DNA of 20,000 bases from an uncultured Clostridia bacterium (GCA_964482715.1 CAYZYX010000003.1:54180-74179); one strand, 5' to 3'. Positions 8,981 to 17,668 are shown, counted from the first letter of the stretch. The notes: generated by a model from the sequence alone, not told the origin. Program-made: numbers and translations.

Positions 8981-9946
8981 ATGATAATCAGAAAAAACTT
9001 CCAAGGAGAGAAAGTTCCTTGCATTTTAACCATAGGTTTTTTTGATGGAGTTCATCTGGGTCACCAGAGAATAATAAGAAAAGTGGTAGAGAAAGCCAGA
9101 TCAAGTAATATTTACTCCTGTGTTGTTACTTTTGATCGGCATCCATCCGAGCTTTTTTCCTCCTATAAGGTGAAACTTTTAACCTGTTGGGAAGAAAAAA
9201 AGGAAATTTTTGGTAGTCTTGGTATAGATGTAATACAGGTGTTTACCTTTGATCACGATTTTGCCAGCCTTTCTCCCGATAAATTTTTAGAAAAGCTAAA
9301 CGAGCATTTTTTTATAAAAGAGATCCTGGTCGGAAATGACTTTACCTTTGGACACAAGAGAAAAGGAAATGTTACCTTTTTAAAGAAAATACGATCCAAA
9401 CTTGATTTTGAACTGGAGGTTGTAGCTCCTGTAAAAATGGAAAATCAAAAAATAAGTAGTTCTGTTTTGAGGGCCTGGTTAGAAAATGGAAAAGTTGAGA
9501 AGGTTGCTGCGGGAATGGGTCGACCACCTACAATCTGGGGAAAGGTAATCCCCGGTAAAGGAAGAGGTAGGCAAATTGGATTTCCTACTGCTAATCTGTT
9601 ACCTCACTCTGACAAGTTGCTTCCCTCAAGTGGAGTTTATGCAGGAAGTTGTGAGGTTAAAAATAAGATTTATGAGGCTACTGTTAATGTGGGTAACAAG
9701 CCAACTTTTGATGATTTTTCCCCGGGGATAGAGGTTCATATAATAGGTTTTGAAGGAGAACTCTATGGTGAAACTCTAAAAGTAAGTTTAGTAAAAAAAA
9801 TTCGTGATATACAGGCATTTCCTTCACCTTCGCATCTTGCCAGGAGGCTCGAGCAGGACAGGCAAGAAACAGAGCAAATTTTGAAAGGATTCACTTTGTT
9901 AAAAGAATCACAAAAAAATGTCAGAAAGGTTAAAGATGCTTGGTAA
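8981..9946 (+). CDS. ribF: Bifunctional riboflavin kinase / FAD synthetase
   Basis: GFFDGVHLGH, VGNDFTFG, KISSS, GRGRQIGFPTAN, GVYA, NVGNKPTF, EVHI...LYG; follows truB. Confidence 0.96.
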   Translation: MIIRKNFQGEKVPCILTIGFFDGVHLGHQRIIRKVVEKARSSNIYSCVVTFDRHPSELFSSYKVKLLTCWEEKKEIFGSLGIDVIQVFTFDHDFASLSPDKFLEKLNEHFFIKEILVGNDFTFGHKRKGNVTFLKKIRSKLDFELEVVAPVKMENQKISSSVLRAWLENGKVEKVAAGMGRPPTIWGKVIPGKGRGRQIGFPTANLLPHSDKLLPSSGVYAGSCEVKNKIYEATVNVGNKPTFDDFSPGIEVHIIGFEGELYGETLKVSLVKKIRDIQAFPSPSHLARRLEQDRQETEQILKGFTLLKESQKNVRKVKDAW

Positions 9947-10703
9947 AAAAGTTCACTATTTTTCTACTGTTGATTCTACCAATGATATTGCTTTTTCTCT
10001 TGCTCAGGAAGGAGCAGCAGAAGGAGTTCTGGTTATTGCCGAAAAGCAGCTCAAAGGTCAGGGAAGTAGGGGTAGAAAGTGGTTTTCTCCTCCAGGAGGA
10101 CTCTGGTTTTCCCTGGTTTTACGTCCTTCAATCTCTTCAATTGAAAATGCCAGAATTTATCCTTTAATTGGTGCTCTGGCGGTTGTTGAAGCCGTTTGTG
10201 AAATGCTTCCTGATTGTCCTGCTTATTTTTGCTGGCCCAATGATGCCGCAATTAAAGGAAAAAAAATTGCAGGTGCAATGTGTAAGGTTAAATTAAATGG
10301 AGGAAAACCGGATTTTGTCATCTTAGGAATAGGTGTGAACCTCAACATAGAAAGTTTTCCTTCCTTTCTTAAGGGTACAGCTACCTCTATTTTTTTAGAA
10401 ACGAGAAGAAAAATTTCTCCTGCTTCCTTCTTGAATTGTCTTCTTGAAAAGTTAGAGGAAATTTACCTTTTTCCCAAGAACAGTGGACTTGTGATTAAAC
10501 AAAAAATAGAGGAATTTTTCCCGTTTTTGGGAAAACCAATAAGATTTGTTACCTTTGAAAAGGAAATAACCGGTTGTATTCAGGGAATTGATGAGAGGGG
10601 TAATTTAGTAGTAGAAACCCAGACAGGCTCCAAAGAAATATTAACTCCGGAGCAGACCTATTTGATTGATTCACTGATGAGAGAAAATGAATTTAGTGAT
10701 TGA
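9918..10703 (+). CDS. birA: Biotin--protein ligase, class I (no N-terminal HTH); start may be ATG 9936
   Basis: VDSTND, AEKQ..GQGSRGRKWFSP, WPND, KKIAG, GIGVNLN, GIDERGNL. ATG 9936 has AAAGG upstream. Confidence 0.9.
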   Translation: MSERLKMLGKKVHYFSTVDSTNDIAFSLAQEGAAEGVLVIAEKQLKGQGSRGRKWFSPPGGLWFSLVLRPSISSIENARIYPLIGALAVVEAVCEMLPDCPAYFCWPNDAAIKGKKIAGAMCKVKLNGGKPDFVILGIGVNLNIESFPSFLKGTATSIFLETRRKISPASFLNCLLEKLEEIYLFPKNSGLVIKQKIEEFFPFLGKPIRFVTFEKEITGCIQGIDERGNLVVETQTGSKEILTPEQTYLIDSLMRENEFSD

Positions 10704-11451
10704 TATTGGAAATACTGTGGTTAAGGTGGGCCTTTTTAAGGAAGAGAATCTTCTTTTAAAAGGTAATTTTTCAACTCGCCCTCAAAAGGAATCTGATGAA
10801 TGGGGGATAATGTTAAAAAATTGGCTTGAAAGATATCCCGCATCTACCATAAAGCTTGAAAAAGTTGCCATTTCAGCTGTTGCCTATACAGCTCTCACTC
10901 CTTTGAAAAAAGCGATACCTCGGTATTTCGGAAAAGAGCCGGTAGAAATAAATGCTAAATCTGCCGGGATTCCTGTGCTTTGTGATAATCCAGAGGAAGT
11001 TGGCGCAGACAGGATAGCTAACGCCCTGGCAGCTGTCAGGATGTACCATTTGCCTGTGGTGATTGTGGATTTTGGTACCGCTACAACTTTTGATGTAATT
11101 TCTGAGCACGGAGAATATCTGGGTGGTGTTATTGCACCCGGAATTCGTGCTACTTCGGAGAGTCTCTGGCAAAAGGCAGAGAAGCTTTTTCCGGTAGAAT
11201 TAATAAAGCCTTCTCGGGTAATTGGAAAAAATACTGCTGAAAATCTTGTTTCTGGTTTGTTTTATGGTTTTTTAGGGATGGTTAAAGAAATAATAGATAG
11301 AATAGAAAAAGAAATGGACCAGCAGGTTGAGGTTATTGCAACTGGAGGATGGGCAAAACTTTTAGCTGATGAATGCGAAAAGATAAAAGAAGTTAATCCT
11401 AACTTAACACTCCAGGGTCTGAATTTTTTTGCCCTCCAGCTTGAATCATAG
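10687..11451 (+). CDS. coaX: Type III pantothenate kinase
   Basis: IDIGNT, VGADR, VDFGTATTFD, GGVIAPG, ATGG, LTLQGL; classic birA-coaX pairing with a 17-nt overlap. Confidence 0.96.
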   Translation: MNLVIDIGNTVVKVGLFKEENLLLKGNFSTRPQKESDEWGIMLKNWLERYPASTIKLEKVAISAVAYTALTPLKKAIPRYFGKEPVEINAKSAGIPVLCDNPEEVGADRIANALAAVRMYHLPVVIVDFGTATTFDVISEHGEYLGGVIAPGIRATSESLWQKAEKLFPVELIKPSRVIGKNTAENLVSGLFYGFLGMVKEIIDRIEKEMDQQVEVIATGGWAKLLADECEKIKEVNPNLTLQGLNFFALQLES

Positions 11452-11490
11452 AAAATTTAGTGAACCTCCCTGTTCTGAATTTTTGTGAAA

Positions 11491-11534
11491 ACATATTTTA
11501 CTTGACATTTTTTACAAGTATTTAAAAAATATGT
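11491..11534. repeat. Imperfect AT-rich inverted repeat downstream of coaX
   Basis: ACATATTTT (11491-11499) pairs with AAAATATGT (11526-11534); inner ACTTG (11500-11504) pairs with CAAGT (11515-11519). Confidence 0.5.
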
Positions 11535-11580
11535 GCGGTTTGTTGCCTGTTTGGTGTAAAATAAAATATCTTTTTTAGTC

Positions 11581-11608
11581 TTGACTTTTTTAAGCTATGG
11601 TGTATATT
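11581..11608 (+). promoter_or_regulatory. Probable sigma70 promoter of the XRE-cupin cluster
   Basis: TTGACT (11581-11586), 16-bp spacer, TATATT (11603-11608). Confidence 0.55.
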
Positions 11609-11637
11609 AAAGCAAAAGTTTATATATTAAAGCAAAA
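11603..11637 (+). repeat. 15-bp perfect direct repeat, candidate operator
   Basis: TATATTAAAGCAAAA at 11603-11617 and 11623-11637 (20-bp period), overlapping the putative -10 and transcription start. Confidence 0.7.
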
Positions 11638-11642
11638 ATGAA

Positions 11643-12203
11643 ATGAATGTAGGTGATAAAATAAGGAAAATCAGGCAGTCAAAAAAACTAACCCTCGGGG
11701 AGTTATCTAAATTAACTGGAATTACTATAAGTGGGTTAAGTCAGATAGAAAGAGGTCTTAATAACCCTTCCCTGGATACCCTTACTAAAATTACCAAGGC
11801 CTTAGGTGTTCCCATTATGTCTCTTTTTGTGGAAGAGAAAAAAAGTAGTGAAGAAGTACTCACCAAGAGAGGAAAAAGAAGTAAAGTTATGTTCCCCGAA
11901 GCTGAAATTGTATATGAACCACTGTCTCCCATAATAAATAGTAACATCGAATTTCTTCTGGCTCAGATAGAAGAAGGTAAGGGTCAGAAATCTCAGGTTA
12001 CCCATGAGGGAGAAGAATGTGTGTATGTGATTCGAGGAAAACTCAAAGTTTGTATAGAAGATCGAGAATATATTTTAGGAGAAGGAGATAGCCTTTACTT
12101 CAAATGTTCAAGACCTCATAACTTTATGAACGCAGGGGAAGGAAAGCTGATTCTCGTGCTGGCGGTAACACCCCCTTCTATCTACAGTCGAGTAGTACAC
12201 TGA
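11643..12203 (+). CDS. XRE-family HTH transcriptional regulator with C-terminal cupin sensor (PuuR-like architecture)
   Basis: GDKIRKIR..KKLTL.ELS...LSQIERG..NPSL..L.KI..ALGV; cupin motifs HEGEE.VYV..G and GDSLYF....PH. Confidence 0.93.
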   Translation: MNVGDKIRKIRQSKKLTLGELSKLTGITISGLSQIERGLNNPSLDTLTKITKALGVPIMSLFVEEKKSSEEVLTKRGKRSKVMFPEAEIVYEPLSPIINSNIEFLLAQIEEGKGQKSQVTHEGEECVYVIRGKLKVCIEDREYILGEGDSLYFKCSRPHNFMNAGEGKLILVLAVTPPSIYSRVVH

Positions 12204-12223
12204 TTTCATTTGAGGCAATTCTT

Positions 12224-13219
12224 ATGGAAAAAATTAAAATCGAGTACGGTGAAGGGATTATAGAAAATAGTCTCAAGAATAAAGGTTCTTTTTTTATCTC
12301 TACTATGCCTGAACCCTGGGCACTGATTAAAGATAAAATTGATGTCTCTCCTAAAAAAGTAATTTTTGTGGAGAGTATGGAAGAGGAAAAAATAAGAAAA
12401 CTTGAGAAAAGCATTCCTGAAGTAAGTTTCGTTATTGGAATAGGAGGAGGCTCGGCTATTGACTTTGCCAAATATGTTGGCTGGAAAAGAAATTTACCTC
12501 TCATAACTGTACCTTCAATAGTATCAGTAGATGCACCGGTAACAAAAGAGGTAGCTATTCGCAAGAACGGAAGAGTGCGTTATATTGGCAATATTTTACC
12601 GGAAAAGATCTTAATTGATTTTTCTCTAATTAAGAAGGCACCTCTCAGATTAAATAGGTCCGGTATAGGAGATATTATCTCCATCCATACCGCTCTTTTT
12701 GACTGGGAGATAGCTTTTCGGAGAGGAAAAGAAAAGTATGATGAAAAGATTGCACAGAAGGCTAAGGAATTATTATTAACTGTTGAAAATAATCTTAAAG
12801 AGATCAGAGAAGTTACCAACAGAGGAATCAAACTTCTTATGGATCTTTTTCTTAAAGCTAATAAGCTTTGCTGGGAATTTGGAAATAGCCGTCCAGAAGA
12901 AGGCTCAGAACATTTTTTTGCCTACAATATGGAGTATCTTACTGGCAAGCATTTCCTTCATGGTGAGCTTGTATGCCTTGGTGTTGTGATAATGTCTTAT
13001 CTTCAGAAAAATGAACCTGAAAAAATAATTAGAATTTTAAAAGAAGTAGGTGTTCATTTTAAGCCTGAGGAAATAGACAGTAGCAGGGAAGAAGTGCTTA
13101 AATCTCTTAATCTTTTAAGAAATTATGTTAAAGAGGAAGGGTTACCTTATAGTATCATCAATGAAATTAAAGATGCCAAGGTGATAAAAGAAGTAGTAGA
13201 TTTTGTCAGTTCTATCTAA
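12224..13219 (+). CDS. Glycerol-1-phosphate dehydrogenase-like NAD(P)/metal-dependent polyol dehydrogenase (EgsA/AraM-like)
   Basis: GIGGGSAIDFAK, PSIVSVDA, SGIGD, DW, SRPEEGSEH and LHGELV (metal-binding His residues). Confidence 0.8.
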   Translation: MEKIKIEYGEGIIENSLKNKGSFFISTMPEPWALIKDKIDVSPKKVIFVESMEEEKIRKLEKSIPEVSFVIGIGGGSAIDFAKYVGWKRNLPLITVPSIVSVDAPVTKEVAIRKNGRVRYIGNILPEKILIDFSLIKKAPLRLNRSGIGDIISIHTALFDWEIAFRRGKEKYDEKIAQKAKELLLTVENNLKEIREVTNRGIKLLMDLFLKANKLCWEFGNSRPEEGSEHFFAYNMEYLTGKHFLHGELVCLGVVIMSYLQKNEPEKIIRILKEVGVHFKPEEIDSSREEVLKSLNLLRNYVKEEGLPYSIINEIKDAKVIKEVVDFVSSI

Positions 13220-13231
13220 GAGGAGGAGTAA

Positions 13232-14464
13232 ATGGGTAAACTTGCTTTACTGGGAGGAGAACCGGTAAGAAAAAAACCCTTCACTGGCTGGCCTCAGTTT
13301 GACGAGGTAGAAATAGATAATTTAAAAAAGGTTTTAGATAGTAAAAGATGGTTCCCGGGTATGATGGGCTCAGAACCTGGAACCAGAGTCTGGGAATTTG
13401 AAGAGAAATTTGCCTCTTTTCATGGAGTAAAATTTGCCTCGGCAGTATCAAGTGGAGCTGCTGCTCTTGAGGTTAGTCTCAAGGCTTTGGGAATTGGTGA
13501 AGGAGATGAAATAATAATTCCAGCCTATACCTTTGTTGCTACAGCAACAGCAGTCCTACAGGTAGGTGCAATTCCGGTAGTTGTTGATATTGAACCTGAA
13601 ACTCTCTGTATAGATCCGGTAAAGATAAAAGAGGCTATTACAAAAAAGACAAAAGCAGTTATTCCTGTTCATTTTGCCGGGCAAATTGCCAATATGCCAG
13701 AGATTATACAGATTGCCAAAGAGCACAATCTTAAAGTGATAGAAGACGCAGCTCATGCTGCGGGAGCTATGCGTTTTGGTAAAAAAGCGGGTTCCTTTGG
13801 AGATACAGGTTGCTTTAGTTTTCAGGAAAGTAAAGTCATGACCTCAGGGGAAGGTGGCGTTATTACTACCAATGATGAGAAAATCTGGAGAGAGACAAGA
13901 TCTTTAAGAAGTTGTGGTAGACATGAAAATCGTCCCTGGTATGAGCACTTTAAACTGGGCTGGAACTATAGATTATCGGAATTCCAGGCAGCTATTCTTC
14001 TTGCTCAACTGGAGAGACTGCAGGATCAGATAGAAAGAAGAGAAGAAAATGCCAGATATCTTACGGAAAGAATATCTGAAATCCCCGGGATTTCACACCC
14101 CAGAGATTTTTCCTCTCAAACAGAGTGTCACTCTTATTATTACTATGTGTTTCTTTATCAACCCAAAGAGTTTAAAGGTATCTCAAGAGATCTATTCGTT
14201 AAAGCCTTAAGAGCAGAGGGTATCCCTGCTGAGGTTACCTACATCCCTATTCCTGATGTTCCCATGTTTAAGGAGAAAAAATATCCTTTCAAAGATATGG
14301 GATGTCCTAAAACTAAAGAAATCGCCTCTCAAATAGCTGTTTTTATGCACCAGGTTCTTCTGGGAACCAGAGAGGATCTGGATGATATTATTAAGGCCAT
14401 AGTGAAGATAAAAGAAAACATAACCGAATTGGAAACAGGAAGATATCTATTCGTGAAAAACTGA
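13232..14464 (+). CDS. DegT/DnrJ/EryC1/StrS PLP aminotransferase, RifK/BtrR/StsC-like
   Basis: GAGGAG RBS; LALLGG.PVR..PF..WP N-terminus, YTFVATA, PVHFAG, IEDAAHA, FSFQESKVMTSGEGG (PLP Lys), GWNYRLSEFQAA. Confidence 0.9.
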   Translation: MGKLALLGGEPVRKKPFTGWPQFDEVEIDNLKKVLDSKRWFPGMMGSEPGTRVWEFEEKFASFHGVKFASAVSSGAAALEVSLKALGIGEGDEIIIPAYTFVATATAVLQVGAIPVVVDIEPETLCIDPVKIKEAITKKTKAVIPVHFAGQIANMPEIIQIAKEHNLKVIEDAAHAAGAMRFGKKAGSFGDTGCFSFQESKVMTSGEGGVITTNDEKIWRETRSLRSCGRHENRPWYEHFKLGWNYRLSEFQAAILLAQLERLQDQIERREENARYLTERISEIPGISHPRDFSSQTECHSYYYYVFLYQPKEFKGISRDLFVKALRAEGIPAEVTYIPIPDVPMFKEKKYPFKDMGCPKTKEIASQIAVFMHQVLLGTREDLDDIIKAIVKIKENITELETGRYLFVKN

Positions 14465-14494
14465 TTGGTACGAACAAAAAGTGAGGTGTAACTA

Positions 14495-15385
14495 TTGGTG
14501 AGAAGAGGTAGAGTCGCCCTTTTCTTTATGCTTCCAGGAGCGATCCTCTTGGCAGTAATGGTCGGGTATTCTATTATCACTCTTTTTGTGAACAGTGTCT
14601 TTCGGTTTAACTTTGCTGATCCTAGCATACCCAAGAAATTCATAGGACTCCAGAATTACATCGCTTTGTTCAGGGACATTCGCTTCTGGGTCACCAGCAG
14701 AAATACGGCGTTTTTCACGATAATGGCCGTATCTGTTGAGTTCTTATTTGGGTTGGGTATCGCTCTTTTATTGAACCGCGAGATCAAACCCAAAAAGGTA
14801 ATCATTTCCCTTTTAATTCTACCAACCACGATGATGCCTGTAGCCGTGGGTTTGATAGGGAGGTATATGTATAACAATGAATATGGTATCATCAGCTACA
14901 TGCTGAGGCAGATTGGTCTTCTGGGACCTAAGGGTCTTTTAGGTAATAAGGTACTCCTGACCGATCCTCTTCTGGCCTTGCTGTGCATTGTTGCTACCGA
15001 TATATGGGAATGGACGCCCTTTGTCTCGCTGATATTGCTCGCCGGGTTAACAGCTCTTCCCAGAGAACCCTTTGAGGCTGCCAGGGTGGATGGTGCCTCT
15101 GGTTGGCAGACCTTTAGGTTCATAACGATCCCCATGCTGGCTCCGGTAATTTCGGTGGCTTTACTTATAAGAATTGTGGATGCCGTAAGGGTTCTGGATA
15201 TTGTGTATGTCATTACTGGGGGAGGGCCCGGAATGGCTACGGAGACGGCGCATCTGTTTGCCTATAAAATCAACTTCAAGAATTTTAACATGGGTTATGG
15301 ATCGTCTCAGGTGGTTACGCTTCTAATAATTGTGGTCACGATCTGTGTTTTTCTCTTTAGGCAAATTGAAAAAGAAAGAATTTAA
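14495..15385 (+). CDS. Carbohydrate ABC transporter permease (MalF/UgpA-like); start TTG 14495 or GTG 14498
   Basis: GAGGTG RBS at 14483-14488; FIGLQNY, GLGIALLLN, DIWEWTPF, EAA loop EAARVDGAS, TGGGPG. Confidence 0.93.
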   Translation: MVRRGRVALFFMLPGAILLAVMVGYSIITLFVNSVFRFNFADPSIPKKFIGLQNYIALFRDIRFWVTSRNTAFFTIMAVSVEFLFGLGIALLLNREIKPKKVIISLLILPTTMMPVAVGLIGRYMYNNEYGIISYMLRQIGLLGPKGLLGNKVLLTDPLLALLCIVATDIWEWTPFVSLILLAGLTALPREPFEAARVDGASGWQTFRFITIPMLAPVISVALLIRIVDAVRVLDIVYVITGGGPGMATETAHLFAYKINFKNFNMGYGSSQVVTLLIIVVTICVFLFRQIEKERI

Positions 15386-15389
15386 GTTA

Positions 15390-16202
15390 ATGATGGTCAG
15401 GAAAACATTAGTCTATCTTGCCATAGTAGCAATACTTTTTCTGTTTCTCATTCCTATTATCTGGACTTTTCTTACTTCTTTGAAGACCCACGTTGACGCC
15501 TGGACTCTTCCACCCAAATGGACTTTTACCCCCAGTTTTCACAACTACAGTAATGTCCTTTTCAAGAAGAGATTTATCCATTTTTTCTGGAACAGTGGAA
15601 TTGTAGCGGCGGTGTCAACGGTAATTTCCCTTGCTATTGGTTCTCTGACAGGCTATGCCTTGGAACGATTCCAGTTTCACGGGAAAAATCTCATCTTTTT
15701 TGGAGTTCTTTTTGCTTATATGGTGCCGGCTATAGTCATTGCACTCCCTATCTACGTAGCGGCAGCGAACCTTGGTCTCTTGGACACTTATGTTATACTT
15801 ATTTTAACTCATTCTACGTTCAACACAGCTTTTGCCTGCTGGATGATGCGCGGTTTCTTTAAGGAAATTCCTAAGGAACTTGAGGAGTACGCCTGGATTG
15901 ATGGGTGCTCTTTCCTCTCTGCCTTTACGCGTATTACACTCCCCCTGGCAGCACCGGGCCTGGTGGCTACAGCCATTTTTTGCATCATCTTTTCCTGGAA
16001 TGACTTTCCTTTTGCTCTCATCCTGTCTGGATTCAGGACAAAAACTCTGCCAGTAGCGGTGGGGCAGCTGGAGACTCCCTGGGGAACCTTCTGGGGGGAG
16101 ATTGCCGCCAGTTCTTTTGCGGGGGTTATCCCCATCTTCATTTTTTCCATTCTGGTTCAGAAGTGGCTGGTTAGAGGTCTCACTCTGGGAGCTATCAAAT
16201 AA
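15390..16202 (+). CDS. Carbohydrate ABC transporter permease (MalG/UgpE-like)
   Basis: ATG 15390 just after the previous stop is preferred over the ORF-track start 15330; TSLK, NS..VA, EIPKELEEYAWIDG, FSWNDF, TLPV, QKWLVRGLTLGAIK. Confidence 0.93.
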   Translation: MMVRKTLVYLAIVAILFLFLIPIIWTFLTSLKTHVDAWTLPPKWTFTPSFHNYSNVLFKKRFIHFFWNSGIVAAVSTVISLAIGSLTGYALERFQFHGKNLIFFGVLFAYMVPAIVIALPIYVAAANLGLLDTYVILILTHSTFNTAFACWMMRGFFKEIPKELEEYAWIDGCSFLSAFTRITLPLAAPGLVATAIFCIIFSWNDFPFALILSGFRTKTLPVAVGQLETPWGTFWGEIAASSFAGVIPIFIFSILVQKWLVRGLTLGAIK

Positions 16203-16208
16203 CATCAG

Positions 16209-16294
16209 TGAAAAGGAGGTGATGGAAAAGCTTTCGCAGCATGTTTTCCTGAATGAGGTGAAGGTACCCGGGTAGTTCTATGATTAATCCCGGG
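16209..16294 (+). promoter_or_regulatory. Orphan extended Shine-Dalgarno plus hairpin in the leader of binding protein 1
   Basis: TGAAAAGGAGGTGA at 16209-16222 with no properly spaced start codon; hairpin CCCGGG-TAGT...ATTA-AT-CCCGGG at 16267-16294; the real RBS GAGGAGG is at 16331-16337. Confidence 0.5.
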
Positions 16295-16343
16295 CAGACA
16301 CAGAAGAAGTTAAAAACTTATATTTTATTAGAGGAGGTTAAAG

Positions 16344-17612
16344 ATGCTATTTCTCAGAAAGTTGAAAGGTTACTGTATCATTGCCCTGTCAGTACTTTTG
16401 CTGCTGGCAGGTGGGTCTTTCTCTGTGTGTTCTGCGGGGGAGAATATTGTGTTCCTGGTTTCTCCTACTCCCACTGTGGAGAAGATGATTGAGATGATCC
16501 CCAAATTTGAGAAACAGACCGGGATCAAGGTTACCGTGGAGTCGGTTTCATACGAGAGCATGATGGAGAAGGAAACCCTTGATTTGAGAACCAAGATGGG
16601 AGCCTATGATGTTTTTTGGATTGAAGCCACCTACTTGGGCAGATACACCACTCTCAAAGGTATTGAGTCTTTTGATGATTTTGTAAAGAAAAGTGGACTT
16701 GACTTGAATGATTTCCCTCAAAGTCTGCTGGAGAACTTCTCTTACGAGGGGAAACTCTACGCTCTCCCCTTTGAAGGATGCCTTATGGTGATGGTCTACC
16801 GCACAGATCTTTTTGAAAGGAAGGGGCTTTCTGTGCCTAGGAGCTGGACCGAATACGGCGGATACTTCGATGTAATTAAAAAGTTGCACAATCCCCCCGT
16901 GATTTATGGAACGTCTATTATGGGTGCACGTCACGAGGCACTGTTCTATGAATATCTTAATTTTCTCTGGGGGTTTGGTGGAAAATTGTTCGAGGAGAAT
17001 CTCTATCCGGCAATCAACAGCTCGCAGGCCAAAGCAGCGTTGAGATTCTTGAAGTCTCTGGTTCCCTATGCCCCTCCAGGAACTCTCTCTTATACTTGGA
17101 CAGAATCGGCCACCGCCTTCCAACAGGGTAATGTGGGCGTTGAGGTGATCTTCTCTGACTGGACAGCTGCCCTCAATGATCCTGCTGCTTCCAAAGTCGT
17201 TGGAAAGTGGGCCTATGCTCCGCTACCTGGAAATGGTCCTACTGCCTTTGGTGGCTATGGATGGGCAATCAATGCTAACTCCAGACATAAAGAAGCGGCT
17301 TTCAAGTTTGTGTCTTGGGCCACTGGTAAGGAGGTTCAGAGAGAACTTGTTCGATTAGGATCAACACCAACTAGAATCTCCGTTCTCAAAGACCCGGAAT
17401 TGATAGCCAGATTTCCCTATCTTTCCGTATACGAACAGGTTGCTCCTAGAGCACAGCCACCCATGAAGATCAAGGCTTACCATGCGCTTTACGACTCACT
17501 GGTTTTGTACTTATCGGAGGCTCTCATCGGCGCGAAGACGGCAGATGAGGCACTGGATATTGCTCAGCAAAAATGGATTGAAATAATGAAGCAGAGTGGC
17601 TATATCAAATAG
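16344..17612 (+). CDS. Sugar ABC transporter substrate-binding protein (SBP family 1)
   Basis: GAGGAGG RBS; Sec-type signal peptide; FEKQTGIKV, YDV, GKLYALP, YRTDLF, VP.SW.E, FQQG, GGYGWAINANS.HKEAAFKF. Confidence 0.93.
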   Translation: MLFLRKLKGYCIIALSVLLLLAGGSFSVCSAGENIVFLVSPTPTVEKMIEMIPKFEKQTGIKVTVESVSYESMMEKETLDLRTKMGAYDVFWIEATYLGRYTTLKGIESFDDFVKKSGLDLNDFPQSLLENFSYEGKLYALPFEGCLMVMVYRTDLFERKGLSVPRSWTEYGGYFDVIKKLHNPPVIYGTSIMGARHEALFYEYLNFLWGFGGKLFEENLYPAINSSQAKAALRFLKSLVPYAPPGTLSYTWTESATAFQQGNVGVEVIFSDWTAALNDPAASKVVGKWAYAPLPGNGPTAFGGYGWAINANSRHKEAAFKFVSWATGKEVQRELVRLGSTPTRISVLKDPELIARFPYLSVYEQVAPRAQPPMKIKAYHALYDSLVLYLSEALIGAKTADEALDIAQQKWIEIMKQSGYIK

Positions 17613-17618
17613 GATAGA

Positions 17619-17668
17619 ATCCATCCAGTTTAGAGTGGATCTTTGACTCAAGTGGCAGGTAAGTCAAA
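17619..17668 (+). terminator. Tandem hairpins after binding protein 1 (possible terminator or 3' stabiliser)
   Basis: ATCCA...TGGAT (17619-17640) and TTTGACT...AGTCAAA (17642-17668); no clear + strand U-tract. Confidence 0.35.

Noticed and set aside
12224-13219. Evidence for archaeal-type G1P ether lipids in a bacterium
   Set aside because: No GGGP/DGGGP synthase nearby, the substrate motif is altered, and the context is sugar uptake.
12224-14464. BtrC+BtrR-like 2-deoxystreptamine/aminocyclitol biosynthesis pair
   Set aside because: The dehydrogenase has G1PDH-type motifs (GD..S, GSEH, LHGE), not sugar-phosphate cyclase motifs (K..N, N/Y-GHT.GH), and the adjacent transporter is an importer.
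16222-16275. 17-aa leader peptide MEKLSQHVFLNEVKVPG
   Set aside because: Its ATG overlaps the end of the GGAGGTGA element, too close for initiation from it; no supporting features.
16548-17123. 191-aa minus-strand ORF and the other short antisense or alternate-frame ORFs in the track
   Set aside because: They lie within well-supported + strand genes and show no recognisable motifs; treated as shadow ORFs.
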